From an uncultured cyanobacterium (GTDB lineage: Bacteria > Cyanobacteriota > Cyanobacteriia > Cyanobacteriales > Nostocaceae), in NCBI GenBank assembly GCA_963740315.1, contig CAVUDP010000001.1, positions 704,001 to 768,000 of the forward strand: a stretch of DNA of 64,000 nucleotides. The letters run 5' to 3'. The first letter of the stretch is position 1. Each line of letters opens with the position of its first letter. Below are positions 18,758 through 29,017 of this stretch, one piece after another. The translations under genes were made by a program, and so were the position numbers. The notes under the pieces are model-generated. The model did not search any database and was not told the DNA's origin. It saw nothing but the letters and a program-made list of their open reading frames with translations.

Positions 18758-19972
18758 TTAGTCCAAAACCGCTAAAACAGATTTAGGTAATAACTTATCT
18801 TTAAACCAAACGATTTTTGCGGGGACATTATCTAATTTAACTCCGGCTTTATCTAAGTTTAAACGCTCGGAAATTGCTAAAATTAGATCGTTACGTTCGG
18901 CTGTTCTTACCTGATAAAATTTCTTTTGTAAATATTCAGGTCGCCAGTATCCAACTATTTCTAATAAATAGGTTCTACCGTCGGGATGAACTAAGCGAAA
19001 ATCGGGAATCATGACGCTACCGGGAATGGGAATTAAATCAACTTCACGCTCTAAGATCCATTCGGTTTTTGCTGAATTCCATTTATCGACAAAAGACGCT
19101 TCTAACATACTATCGTATTCTTTCCCCGGTGGATAGTGAGATACCAAACCGCATTCGGAATTAAGCGTAAAACGTCCGGTTTTCCAGTTACCCGAATAAA
19201 CATCGCGCATTTGCAACGTTGCTGCTAAATTCCATTTTGTGACGTGAAGTAAAGCCGGGATTAATTTGGCGATCGCTAATCCATATCTGGTACTAGGATT
19301 AAATAAACTCGTGGGACCATCAACTGTAATTGTAAACCCGTGGTCGGCATCTCCTTCGATATAAGACATTAATTGAAATAACTTAAGATAGCGAAATAAA
19401 ATCTTATATTCACCCGGAGTATTGCGGTGTGCGTTTATTATTAATTGACTGGCTTTATAAAAAATACCTTGAACTTGTGAAAGATTATATCTATGTAATA
19501 AAGCTTCGGGAGTCGGAGCATCAAAAGCCGTCAAAATCTTATTTTCAGTTAAGTCAGCATACAAACCTTTACTAACTTGTTCCGGTAAAACTTCCTTATC
19601 CAATTCGTGAGTTAATTCATCAGCAACTTTTCTTAAAGTAAACTTAGCAGTATCGCGACTGGCAACCGATTTTGCAGCACTAGCAAACACCCTTTCACGT
19701 AACATCGGAGGTTCCAAAGGGCTTACGACTTCAAAAGTCGAAAAACTGCTTTTAAGAATATAAGCCAAACCTCGTTTTATCTTATAATCCGTATTATCCC
19801 CTTCCATTTCCAAAAGCCGACGTTCAAGTTCACCGTATCGTTCGCCAACAGCTTTTTTATAGCAATCAATCAACTCAACCGCCAATTTTAAATTGAGTTT
19901 ATCAACAGACAAACGCTTCGGTATTATTTGTTCGCCATTTTGACGAAACATTAGTAAATCAGTTGGCAACAT
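18758..19972 (-). CDS. DUF790-family (Bax1-like) PD-(D/E)XK nuclease
   Basis: YDSMLEASF, IPDFRL, LEIVGYWRPEYL, and DGPTSLF..TRYG. Confidence 0.9.
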   Translation of the reverse strand: MLPTDLLMFRQNGEQIIPKRLSVDKLNLKLAVELIDCYKKAVGERYGELERRLLEMEGDNTDYKIKRGLAYILKSSFSTFEVVSPLEPPMLRERVFASAAKSVASRDTAKFTLRKVADELTHELDKEVLPEQVSKGLYADLTENKILTAFDAPTPEALLHRYNLSQVQGIFYKASQLIINAHRNTPGEYKILFRYLKLFQLMSYIEGDADHGFTITVDGPTSLFNPSTRYGLAIAKLIPALLHVTKWNLAATLQMRDVYSGNWKTGRFTLNSECGLVSHYPPGKEYDSMLEASFVDKWNSAKTEWILEREVDLIPIPGSVMIPDFRLVHPDGRTYLLEIVGYWRPEYLQKKFYQVRTAERNDLILAISERLNLDKAGVKLDNVPAKIVWFKDKLLPKSVLAVLD

Positions 19973-20147
19973 TTTCAGTTATCAGTAAGCAGTGAGCAGT
20001 TATGCAGAGGGGGAGAGGGGGTAGAGGGGGTAGAGGGGGTAGAAAAAATTCATCAATATTAACTCTTAATTTTTAACTGTGAATTTAAAATCTAAAATCA
20101 AATAATTCCAAAATCTTAAATAACTCCTAACTCCTAACTCCTAACAA

Positions 20148-20342
20148 TTATTGGAAGTCTGTCTCTTCAATTATTTCCAATGCATAAAAAAGTGCTGCAT
20201 CTGCATCGGTAAGGGTAGTGCTACCATTTTTAGTCAGATGCTTATTGATATCTCTCCAAGCATTTGGATGAGTCTTCCTAAACTTTTGTAATGCATCGAA
20301 AACTGAGCGTAAATCCTGATGTAACTCTTGTTTTTTGTTCAT
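20148..20342 (-). CDS. Small hypothetical protein
   Basis: 64-aa ATG ORF, co-oriented with its neighbours, plausible helical composition. Confidence 0.6.
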   Translation of the reverse strand: MNKKQELHQDLRSVFDALQKFRKTHPNAWRDINKHLTKNGSTTLTDADAALFYALEIIEETDFQ

Positions 20343-20427
20343 GATGCAATTGGTAATTGGTAATTGTTAATTATAAATTTTTCTTCCCCCTCTCCCCCCT
20401 CTACCCCCTCTACCCCCTCTACCCCCT

Positions 20428-21948
20428 CTAATCTTCATCATCCCAAATATTCATCTGCTTATTCCGAGTCTTATACTTACTATCCGTTGTCTTCTCTGCT
20501 GCTTTGTAACTTTTTCCTCCTCCACTTCCGTAAACAACCTGTAACCCGTTTCCATCTCTGCGTTTGTGGCTAGAAGGTTTTTCAACTCCTCTCCGCCTTT
20601 CTGATGTCCTTTCTTCACTGGTATCTTCCGCAACGACTTCGTATAAAATTGCGTGTTTGTTCTTGGTATTCCCTTTCCTCAACACTCTTCCCAATCTTTG
20701 AATATATTCCCTTGCCGAACCCGTACCAGATAATATAATTGCAATGCTCGCTGCGGGTACGTCTACGCCTTCGTTCAATACGTGGGAGGCTACGAGGGAT
20801 TTGTATTCACCTTCTTTAAATTTAGTTAGTATTGCGTGTCTTTCTTTTACCGGGGTTTGATGGGTTATGGCGGGAATCAAAAATTGATTGGAAATTCGAT
20901 AAACTGTGTTGTTATCGGCGGTAAAAATTAACACTCGCTCTGGATAATGTTTTGCTAATAAATCGGCTAAAATTCTAATTTTTCCATCGGTACCTAAAGC
21001 GATTTCTTTGGCTTCGCGATGGGCTAACATGGCGCGTCTTCCTTGTGGCGATCGCGCACTCATCTGTACGAATCTTTGCCAACCTTGAATGCTTCCCAAG
21101 GAGATTTTTGAGTCTTTTAAAAAATCGTTGCGGGTTTGCATCAATTCGCTGTATCTTTCTCGCTCTAGCTGGGATAATTTAACTTTAATTTGGACGATTT
21201 CGTGTTCTGCTAAAGCTTTTCCGGCTAAATCTTCGGCTCTTTTACGATATACTTCCCTACCAATAAGATAGTTCAAATCGGCGTGTTTTCCGTCGGTTCG
21301 TTCTGGTGTTGCAGAAAGTCCTAATCGATAAGGTGCGATCGCAAATTCGGCGATAACTCGATTAAAATCTGTTGGTAAATGATGACACTCATCAAAAATT
21401 ATCAAAGCATATTGATTTCCTAACGTTTCTGCATGAATCGCCGCACTATCATAAGTAGAAACTAGTATAGGCGTGCGATCGCGACTGCCTCCACCGAGTA
21501 AACCTATTTTGACATCGGGAAAAGCGGCTTCTAAATGAGCGTACCATTGATGCATTAAATCTAAAGTTGGTACCACAATCAACGTCGTGCGTGGCGTAGA
21601 TTCCATCGCCAACTGTGCCAAATAAGTTTTCCCGGCGGCGGTAGGAAGCACGACAACCCCCTGTCTTTTTGCTAACTTCCAAGCCTTTAAAGCTTCACTT
21701 TGATGGGGATAAGGCTCCATTACCAAACCGGGCATCATTTCTACAGGATAGAATTCCTTAGCCTCATCAATAAAATCGGTTGATTCCGCTTGTAAAGCTT
21801 CCACCAAACGACGGTATTCGATCGCCTTGATGCGGAATTTTTCTACGCGATCGTCCCATGTTGCAAAATCCATCCATGCCCTGCCCCGTGGCGGTGGATG
21901 CAAAATTAAGGTACCGCGATTAAATGTTAGTTTTGGTATGCGACCCAT
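20428..21948 (-). CDS. XPB/SSL2-like SF2 DEAD/DEAH helicase
   Basis: LPTAAGKT, DECHH, SAT, EGVDVP, QRLGRVLR motifs. Confidence 0.92.
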   Translation of the reverse strand: MGRIPKLTFNRGTLILHPPPRGRAWMDFATWDDRVEKFRIKAIEYRRLVEALQAESTDFIDEAKEFYPVEMMPGLVMEPYPHQSEALKAWKLAKRQGVVVLPTAAGKTYLAQLAMESTPRTTLIVVPTLDLMHQWYAHLEAAFPDVKIGLLGGGSRDRTPILVSTYDSAAIHAETLGNQYALIIFDECHHLPTDFNRVIAEFAIAPYRLGLSATPERTDGKHADLNYLIGREVYRKRAEDLAGKALAEHEIVQIKVKLSQLERERYSELMQTRNDFLKDSKISLGSIQGWQRFVQMSARSPQGRRAMLAHREAKEIALGTDGKIRILADLLAKHYPERVLIFTADNNTVYRISNQFLIPAITHQTPVKERHAILTKFKEGEYKSLVASHVLNEGVDVPAASIAIILSGTGSAREYIQRLGRVLRKGNTKNKHAILYEVVAEDTSEERTSERRRGVEKPSSHKRRDGNGLQVVYGSGGGKSYKAAEKTTDSKYKTRNKQMNIWDDED

Positions 21949-22528
21949 TTAGAGTTTACCCAACTCTTTGATATTTTTACTAATAACCTAAAACGGTGCA
22001 TTATTAATTACTAAAGCCAAAATTAAACTCAAAGAATCTGCGAGCTATTCAGAAAATATACATAACTATTCGATAAAATATGTTTCTTATCTAACCCAGA
22101 CAAATATTCAAAATACTTAAATTAATCTTATTTTTCGCAATCCTATGTCGTGTCGATCGCCAGAATTTGAACTATTGAGAAACCCGGCATTGTTAAAAAA
22201 CACCGAGTTTCTGAACGATCGCAAATTATTTAGCTATTAGTGGCGTGTTAGCGTGAATGGTAACGCACCATTAGGTAAAAATTTGATGCATTACGACATT
22301 CTGTCTAACACACTCTACTTAACTTAACACTTCATAACGTTTACAAACAGATCCTGCTTAAAAATAATTAGGATAGGTAAAAATCTCAAACTCTTATGCG
22401 AACGTACTTTCATCATCTAAAATTTCAAAAAAAAGCATCGGCTGTTAAAATTTAAAACTATTAGCCAGACAGTTAATTAACAATTAAAATTAGAATTAAT
22501 AACCAAGCTCATTATAATTATTACTAAA

Positions 22529-24367
22529 GTGTCTGAATTGCCATTACGGGATAAATATCTAGCTTTAATCGATGAAATTGTCCAAGCCACCCTCAAGGGC
22601 AAAATTAGTTCGCAAGCACAAGTGTATCAAATGCTGCTCAAGGGAGTTACCGTAGGAACGGGAGAAGTATTTGAATTGGTTTTGAGCGAAAATTTGGATT
22701 CTACTCAACAAGAAGTGGATGCTCAAACTGATGAATTAAAAAAAGCCAAAGCTACCCGTAGTTTGAGAGCATTAAAGACAATTCAAACTCAATGGAAACG
22801 AGTAGAAGAACAAAATAAAGCTACAGAATCAATTTTATCTGCTGCCAGAGAAATTACCACAGCACCAGAAAACGAACGTCTGGCGATATTTTTGGGCGTT
22901 ACCAATCCCAACCGCAAGCATCCTTTGAATCAAAAACAACTCCAGCAACTTGCAAAATCCTTGCAGAAAAATGCGGAAACTTTTAAATTAGATTATTTAT
23001 CAGAATTTTCTCAAGGTATCGATCGCGGCATAAGTTCGTGGGGAAAAGTGCAACAGCATCTGATAAGCTGGATGTACGAACAAAATCGCGGATCGATAGG
23101 ATTTGGTGGAGTACCCGGAGAAACTGGACCTTGGGCAACTTGGGGAAAACAAGTTGATGGAGAGTTTAGTAAAGAGTTATTTCGTACTTTAGCGAAACTT
23201 GAATCTCCCATCGAATTTGCTCAAAGTCACCGTAGTATCAACCTCAGCGATTGGGTTGAATTAACGTTAATTTTGCAATCGTTGCAGCGAGGATTAGTTA
23301 ATTGGTTTGACCAACAAGCTTACAACATAAAAGCCGGTTCAAACCTATCAATTTCAACTTATTTAACCTTTTCCGTGATTTGGAGTCAGTTAGGAAACGG
23401 TTTTGGTGCGGATACTTCCTACGGCAGCGCTGCATGGCAGGTAGTGTTACAAATATTGCGTAATTTTTCTCAAAGACCGTATTTTCCCTTGTATGGTGGA
23501 ATCTTCGCTTCTTTTTCCGGTGATTATTTAAAAGATGCACTTTCCTATTTAGATGAACCTTTAAGAAGAGTTGAAGGAACCCAGGAAAAAGCCAGAATTT
23601 TGACAATTTTGGGTTATTCTCAAAGAGCATTAGGACAATATGAAAGTTCGGTCAAATTTCATCAAGAAGCTTTAGAAATAGCTCGTAATGCAGAAGATAA
23701 AGCTTGCGAAATTGCCAACTTAAATCATCTCAGTCGTACTTATGTTGACCAAAAAAATTACACCGAAGCGATAAATAATTCTCAGCGAGCATTGATATTA
23801 AGCAGACAAGCAGGTGATAAAATTTCTGAGGCAAACGCTTTAGCTAATTTGGGTTATAGCGAAGTAATGCAGGCTCAATCGGAAGAAGCAGAAGCAGATT
23901 ATGAAATGGCGATAAATTATCTGCAACAAGGTTTGAATTTATCGGAAAAATTAGGCGATTTGCAAAGTAAAGCTTTATGTTTGAGTAGTTTAGGAGTAGC
24001 TTATATTGTTACCGAACAAGCTTCAAAGGCAATTAAGCATTTAGAAGAAGGTTTTAAGACAGCGCAAACTTCCGGAGATTTGTATTTGCAGGGTTTAAAT
24101 TTAACGAATTTAGCCGAAGCAAATTACAGTTTAGCTAATTTTGAAAGAGCGATTTATACAGCTTCATTAGGAATGTATATACTCAATCAAATAGCTTCGC
24201 GAGAATGGCACAAACCAGCGAGATTGCTATCAATTTTACAAAATCAGTTGGGAGATGATGGTTTTAAAACATCATTAGGAAATAATCGTCCCAAAATGAT
24301 TTCTATTATTGGCGTGGATGGTTACGATCATATTCCCCAGTTGATAGAAGAATATAATAATTCTTGA
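22529..24367 (+). CDS. Tetratricopeptide repeat protein
   Basis: C-terminal TPRs (ALEIARNAEDK..EIANLNHL, EANALANLG). Confidence 0.88.
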   Translation: MSELPLRDKYLALIDEIVQATLKGKISSQAQVYQMLLKGVTVGTGEVFELVLSENLDSTQQEVDAQTDELKKAKATRSLRALKTIQTQWKRVEEQNKATESILSAAREITTAPENERLAIFLGVTNPNRKHPLNQKQLQQLAKSLQKNAETFKLDYLSEFSQGIDRGISSWGKVQQHLISWMYEQNRGSIGFGGVPGETGPWATWGKQVDGEFSKELFRTLAKLESPIEFAQSHRSINLSDWVELTLILQSLQRGLVNWFDQQAYNIKAGSNLSISTYLTFSVIWSQLGNGFGADTSYGSAAWQVVLQILRNFSQRPYFPLYGGIFASFSGDYLKDALSYLDEPLRRVEGTQEKARILTILGYSQRALGQYESSVKFHQEALEIARNAEDKACEIANLNHLSRTYVDQKNYTEAINNSQRALILSRQAGDKISEANALANLGYSEVMQAQSEEAEADYEMAINYLQQGLNLSEKLGDLQSKALCLSSLGVAYIVTEQASKAIKHLEEGFKTAQTSGDLYLQGLNLTNLAEANYSLANFERAIYTASLGMYILNQIASREWHKPARLLSILQNQLGDDGFKTSLGNNRPKMISIIGVDGYDHIPQLIEEYNNS

Positions 24368-24378
24368 TTGGTAATTAT

Positions 24379-24699
24379 GTAGGGTGTGTTACGACATCGA
24401 AATAATTTGCTGGAGGTTATAAATTTGTAGGGTGTGTTACGACATCGAAATAATTTGTTAGAGGCGATCGATTTGGGTATTCGTAACGCACCATTTAACT
24501 TCGTAGAAAAACCTGAATATTTTCAAATAATTTTTCCTCTTCTGTTAAAACTCTTATGTGATAAGCATGCTTTCCTGCCATGAAGAAACTTGCTTTTTTG
24601 TCAAAACCGGGTTTCTTAATCCTCACGAATGTCGAGATGTTGGGTAGCACGTTAAACAATTAATAATGGTGCGTTGCGCTCCGCGACAACACACCCTAC
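24379..24699. repeat. GTAGGGTGTGTTAC...GTAACGCACC REP-like elements
   Basis: 48-bp tandem duplication at 24379/24427; inverted copy at 24668-24699; relatives at about 22240-22318, 31084-31148 and 56153-56438. Confidence 0.75.
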
Positions 24700-24758
24700 A
24701 CTTGTTCTTAATTAAAAACCCAAAACAATCGCATCCGTTATTAAAACCTAAAATTGAA

Positions 24759-25730
24759 ATGACTAAAATAATCCTAGACACAGACCCCGGTGGTGATGAT
24801 ATATTCGCTTTATTATGGCTGCTAAGTTTACAAAAACAAGGTTTAGCGGAATTAATCGCAGTTACCACCGCTGAAGGTAATATCAATTCTAAATTAACTT
24901 TTATTAATGCTAGTAAAGTTTTAAGTTTAGGGGGATTTGAACAAGTAGAATTAGCACGAGGAGTAACGGTAAAAAATCCTCAAGCCGATGCTGCTTATAT
25001 TCACGGTATGGATGGGATGGGTAATATTTCTGATGATTTACCCGCAGCTAAACATGATTTTGATAAAGCTGTTTATTCGGATGAATTAATTATAGATAAA
25101 CTTAACGCTCATCCTGGAGAAATTACCATCCTCGCAGTTGCACCTTTAACTAATTTAGCAGCTGCTGAAATCAAAAGTCCCGGTATTTTAAAAAAAGCGA
25201 AAGAAATTGTGATCATGGGAGGTGCTTTTAAAGTTCCAGGAAACGTTACTCCCCATGCTGAATTTAATATTTTTTATAACTCGGAAGCAGCAGAAAAAGT
25301 ATTTGCTAGCTGCAATAATATTGTAGTTTTACCTTTAGATATCACCGAAAAATTAATTTTTACCCCTGAAATGGCTGAAGATATTAGTAGTAATTCCCAA
25401 AGTAATTTAACCGAGTTTATATCCGATTTATGTAAGTTTATGACAGCAGCGAATCTACGCTATCGTCAAACTAAAGGAATAAAAGGTTTTCTCGTTCATG
25501 ATGGTGCTGCTGTTGCCTATCTTTTTTATCCCGAAACTCTACTCTTTCGTCGCGCTCAAGTAGATATTGAAACTAAAGGCGATCGCACTTTGGGAAAAAC
25601 TCTTTTTGATGAGAGATTTACCGCTAAAATTAATGCTAATGCTTGGGTTGCGCTACAGGTTGAGAAGGAAGGTTTGTTGGCTAGTTTGCTTGAAGATTTT
25701 AACTTTTTGTGTATGCAAGATGGATTTTAA
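24759..25730 (+). CDS. Inosine/uridine-preferring nucleoside hydrolase
   Basis: IILDTDPGGDD, APLTNLA, MGG, AEFNI, VHD motifs. Confidence 0.92.
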   Translation: MTKIILDTDPGGDDIFALLWLLSLQKQGLAELIAVTTAEGNINSKLTFINASKVLSLGGFEQVELARGVTVKNPQADAAYIHGMDGMGNISDDLPAAKHDFDKAVYSDELIIDKLNAHPGEITILAVAPLTNLAAAEIKSPGILKKAKEIVIMGGAFKVPGNVTPHAEFNIFYNSEAAEKVFASCNNIVVLPLDITEKLIFTPEMAEDISSNSQSNLTEFISDLCKFMTAANLRYRQTKGIKGFLVHDGAAVAYLFYPETLLFRRAQVDIETKGDRTLGKTLFDERFTAKINANAWVALQVEKEGLLASLLEDFNFLCMQDGF

Positions 25731-26002
25731 ACGCAAAGGTTTAAAAAAGAATAATATTAACCGTAAATATTTAGTTAACTGTATTTAATAAAACTTTACT
25801 TATACTGATATCGCGAGTAAAAGTATAAGTATTTGCCTCGATCGTAATCAAGAAAGGTTGATAATTAAATAATTAGTATGCCTTTAAGGGTAGTTATAGC
25901 CGCTGCTAAATATACTATAGGATGATGTCAAAATGCTTATTTACAGAATAAATTAAATAAGTGAGATGTAAGTTAGTTTAATAAAGTTATGTACATCGAA
26001 TT

Positions 26003-27019
26003 ATGAAAACGCTTGTATCGCATTATCAAAAAATCAAGGAAAAACTGAAGTCTCGTTTAGAAGCTGCAAACGCGGTAGAAGAAGTTGTTAAAATAGTCGA
26101 AGATGAAATCAACCAACTTACAGACCTTAATGGTGAATATATCAAAGAATTGACTCCACCGCAAGCACGCCTTGCGAGAAATATGTTAGAAGGGATGAAG
26201 CAAAATATTCAAATATTAACTTCGGTAGAATTAGAAGATTTAATTGTAAATATTCCCGAAAAAGCTTTTGATATTTCCGAAGTTCAAGCAGAGTTGAATA
26301 AAAATATTTTATCACCTTTGAATAATGCTATTCAAACTCAAAGAACTATTCAAAATTGGACATCCCCTAGTTATTATAAACAGATATTTTTACAACCATT
26401 ACAAAAAAGTCGCGTAGTTGTTAGTAGCTTACTCGCAGCAGGTTTGGCAGGAACTTTGGAAGGAGGAATAACTTGGGGTTTGGTGGGAGCGGCAATCGGT
26501 TTAATCAGCGGAGGTGTATTTAGTAAGGTTGTTAAACAAAAGCAATTACGGGAGAATACACAACTAAATTCTCAGAATGAACCTATTCAAAATCAAACCA
26601 AAATATCTATAAATATTAATAAATTGCTTAATTATTTGTACCATAATTTTCAATCGATAGACCAAACAATTGCTGGTTACGGTGCAAAAGAAGAAAAAAC
26701 CAATCAACCCGATTTAGAAAGTAATTTAGATTTATTAGAATATCTCCAAGAATTAATGGCAGATGCGCTAGATGAAGAAACTCAACTACCAATTACAGTA
26801 CGCAGACGCATCGAACAAGCCATCACAATTTTAAGACGTTATGGAATTGAAGCCAAGGTATATCAACCGGATTTAGAAGCAAATAAAGCTTGGAATATGT
26901 TTTATTTTGAACCAAGTATCGATCCAAATATTACCGATTACGTGACGCTAAAACACGCTTTTGTCAAAGATGAAAAAGTGTTGTTACCGGGAAGCGTCAT
27001 CGAACCTTCATCTAATTGA
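26003..27019 (+). CDS. Membrane protein with glycine zipper and GrpE-like C-terminus
   Basis: Coiled N-terminus; GLAGTLEGGITWGLVGAAIGLISGG hairpin; C-terminal LRRYGIE...FEP...VTLKHAFVKDEKVLLPGSV resembles the GrpE beta-domain. Confidence 0.65.
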   Translation: MKTLVSHYQKIKEKLKSRLEAANAVEEVVKIVEDEINQLTDLNGEYIKELTPPQARLARNMLEGMKQNIQILTSVELEDLIVNIPEKAFDISEVQAELNKNILSPLNNAIQTQRTIQNWTSPSYYKQIFLQPLQKSRVVVSSLLAAGLAGTLEGGITWGLVGAAIGLISGGVFSKVVKQKQLRENTQLNSQNEPIQNQTKISININKLLNYLYHNFQSIDQTIAGYGAKEEKTNQPDLESNLDLLEYLQELMADALDEETQLPITVRRRIEQAITILRRYGIEAKVYQPDLEANKAWNMFYFEPSIDPNITDYVTLKHAFVKDEKVLLPGSVIEPSSN

Positions 27020-27057
27020 TTTAATAAAAATAAAGAATTAGGAGATAATATAAAAAA

Positions 27058-29016
27058 ATGCAAAGTTACCACAATACTAGAATAATCGGGTTTGATTTAG
27101 GGCATGGTGAAACTGCCTTAACTTGGGTGCGTGCGGATAATCAAGAAACTAATCCTCAAAGTTTATTAATTAATAATCGTAAAAGCCAAATAACTGCGAT
27201 CGCGCATCATCCCCAGCGGGGAATCATCATCGGTGAAATGGCTTGTCAGCTATCTGATGCAACTGTTTTAGAAATTGCTTTTAAAACTAGAAAATTTGAC
27301 GATTTATCTTATCAAAGAACGATTAAAGAATTTGTTAACGCGATTTATCAACATTTAATTGATACAAATCAAATCCAAACTGAAGACACTAATTACTTTT
27401 TCGTCGGTTGCCCCTCTGGATGGTGGATAGAAGAAATTCAAACTTATCAAAAAATACTTTCCGAAACCGTACCTAACTCAACAGTTGTCAAGGAATCACG
27501 GGCTGCTTTGATGCACGCCAAAGAAAGCGGTATTTTTACAATTCAAGAATTAGAAAAATCGGTATTAGTAATTGATATTGGTTCTTCCACTACAGATTTT
27601 ACCTTAGTTAAAGGAATGTCCGATACTCCCATAGATTTTGGACGCGATTTAGGTGCATCTTTAATTGAAAAAGAGATTTTGAAGAAAACTCTAGAAATTC
27701 ATCGTCAATATAGACAAAAAAACGAAGATATTATCAAATTAGGAAAACACCTCAACGATGAAGAAATCTGGACTTTAGAAGAAATAGAAAAACTCGAAAC
27801 AATCTTTAAGCAAAGTCCTATTTATAGAAATCGTTGCGAGCTTCGCTGTCGGAAAGCTAAAGAAGAATATTTTAATTATCAAGATACTTATCGAGATGAT
27901 TATGTTAACGTTGGTAGCGAAGATATCCAGCGGAAGTTTAAATTTTCACCTTTAGTAAATGGTAAAATTATCAACGCCATTCTCAATCAATCCCTACCAG
28001 AATTAGAGAATAAAAGCTGGCGCGATGCATTCGGAAGCCAGTTACAAGTAGTAAAACAAAAACTAGACGAACAAGCTATTATACCCAGTGCAATTTTACT
28101 CACGGGTAGCGCTTCCAAAATGGGTTTTGTTCTCGATATGTGTCAAGAAAACTTTCCTAACTTACCTTGCAAACGCGACGGCGAACCCGAATTATGTATT
28201 GCTAGAGGTTTAGCGCGTTGGGGAAGAGTGTATATTCGTACATCTGGTTTTATGGATGAAATCAGTCAATTTTTAGATAACGAATTAACGGGTATTGTCG
28301 GGAATCACGTACCAGCATTTTTAGATAAATTAGCAGAAGAATTAGCAAACGGTTTGGTAGAAGAAGTAGTTAAACCTTGCGTTAAATCTTGGCGAAATAG
28401 AGAAATTATTACTCTCAAAGCCTTAGAATCGGAAATTGAAAACAAAGCTAAAACTTGGTTGACGGGAAGCGATGGTAATAGCAAGGTTACAAAAACCTTA
28501 TTAGAATGGTTAGCAAACGTGCAAGATGAAGTTAGAGAAAAAACTGATTCTATTTGCAGTAAATATGGTTTACCATTAGGTACATTTGGTAGTAAAACAA
28601 TCGACTTAGGAGATCATACCGGAAAAGTACCTACATCCATATCATTTGACGATTTGAGCGGACTTTCCGTATTCGTCGGACACCTTGTTGCTATTATAGT
28701 TGGTGTAGTTCTCGCCGGTTTATTTCACGTGATAATTTTTGCGGGAATCATCGCTCCAATTATTGGAATTGTTGCTTATTTTGCTGGTGAATCATTAGTT
28801 AAAGAAACAGATATTCCCGCTTGGATACGTAAGTTTGTTTCCGATAGTAGAATCAACGATTTAGCACTTAAAAAGAAGCCAGAATTGCAGCAGAAAATCT
28901 ACGAAACATTGACAAAAGATCCGACAATTGCGATTAAATTGGGTAAATCGATTAGCGAGTGGTTGAAAGAAACCGTACAGGAACAAGCCGATCGAGCAAG
29001 GTTGTTGATTGCTTGA
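27058..29016 (+). CDS. Hsp70/actin-fold ATPase with helical C-terminal domain and hydrophobic hairpin
   Basis: GFDLGHGET, GCPSGW, ESRAA, VIDIGSSTTD, LLTGSASK, PELCIARG; AGGAG RBS; no recognisable DnaK substrate-binding domain. Confidence 0.85.
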   Translation: MQSYHNTRIIGFDLGHGETALTWVRADNQETNPQSLLINNRKSQITAIAHHPQRGIIIGEMACQLSDATVLEIAFKTRKFDDLSYQRTIKEFVNAIYQHLIDTNQIQTEDTNYFFVGCPSGWWIEEIQTYQKILSETVPNSTVVKESRAALMHAKESGIFTIQELEKSVLVIDIGSSTTDFTLVKGMSDTPIDFGRDLGASLIEKEILKKTLEIHRQYRQKNEDIIKLGKHLNDEEIWTLEEIEKLETIFKQSPIYRNRCELRCRKAKEEYFNYQDTYRDDYVNVGSEDIQRKFKFSPLVNGKIINAILNQSLPELENKSWRDAFGSQLQVVKQKLDEQAIIPSAILLTGSASKMGFVLDMCQENFPNLPCKRDGEPELCIARGLARWGRVYIRTSGFMDEISQFLDNELTGIVGNHVPAFLDKLAEELANGLVEEVVKPCVKSWRNREIITLKALESEIENKAKTWLTGSDGNSKVTKTLLEWLANVQDEVREKTDSICSKYGLPLGTFGSKTIDLGDHTGKVPTSISFDDLSGLSVFVGHLVAIIVGVVLAGLFHVIIFAGIIAPIIGIVAYFAGESLVKETDIPAWIRKFVSDSRINDLALKKKPELQQKIYETLTKDPTIAIKLGKSISEWLKETVQEQADRARLLIA

Positions 29017-29017
29017 T

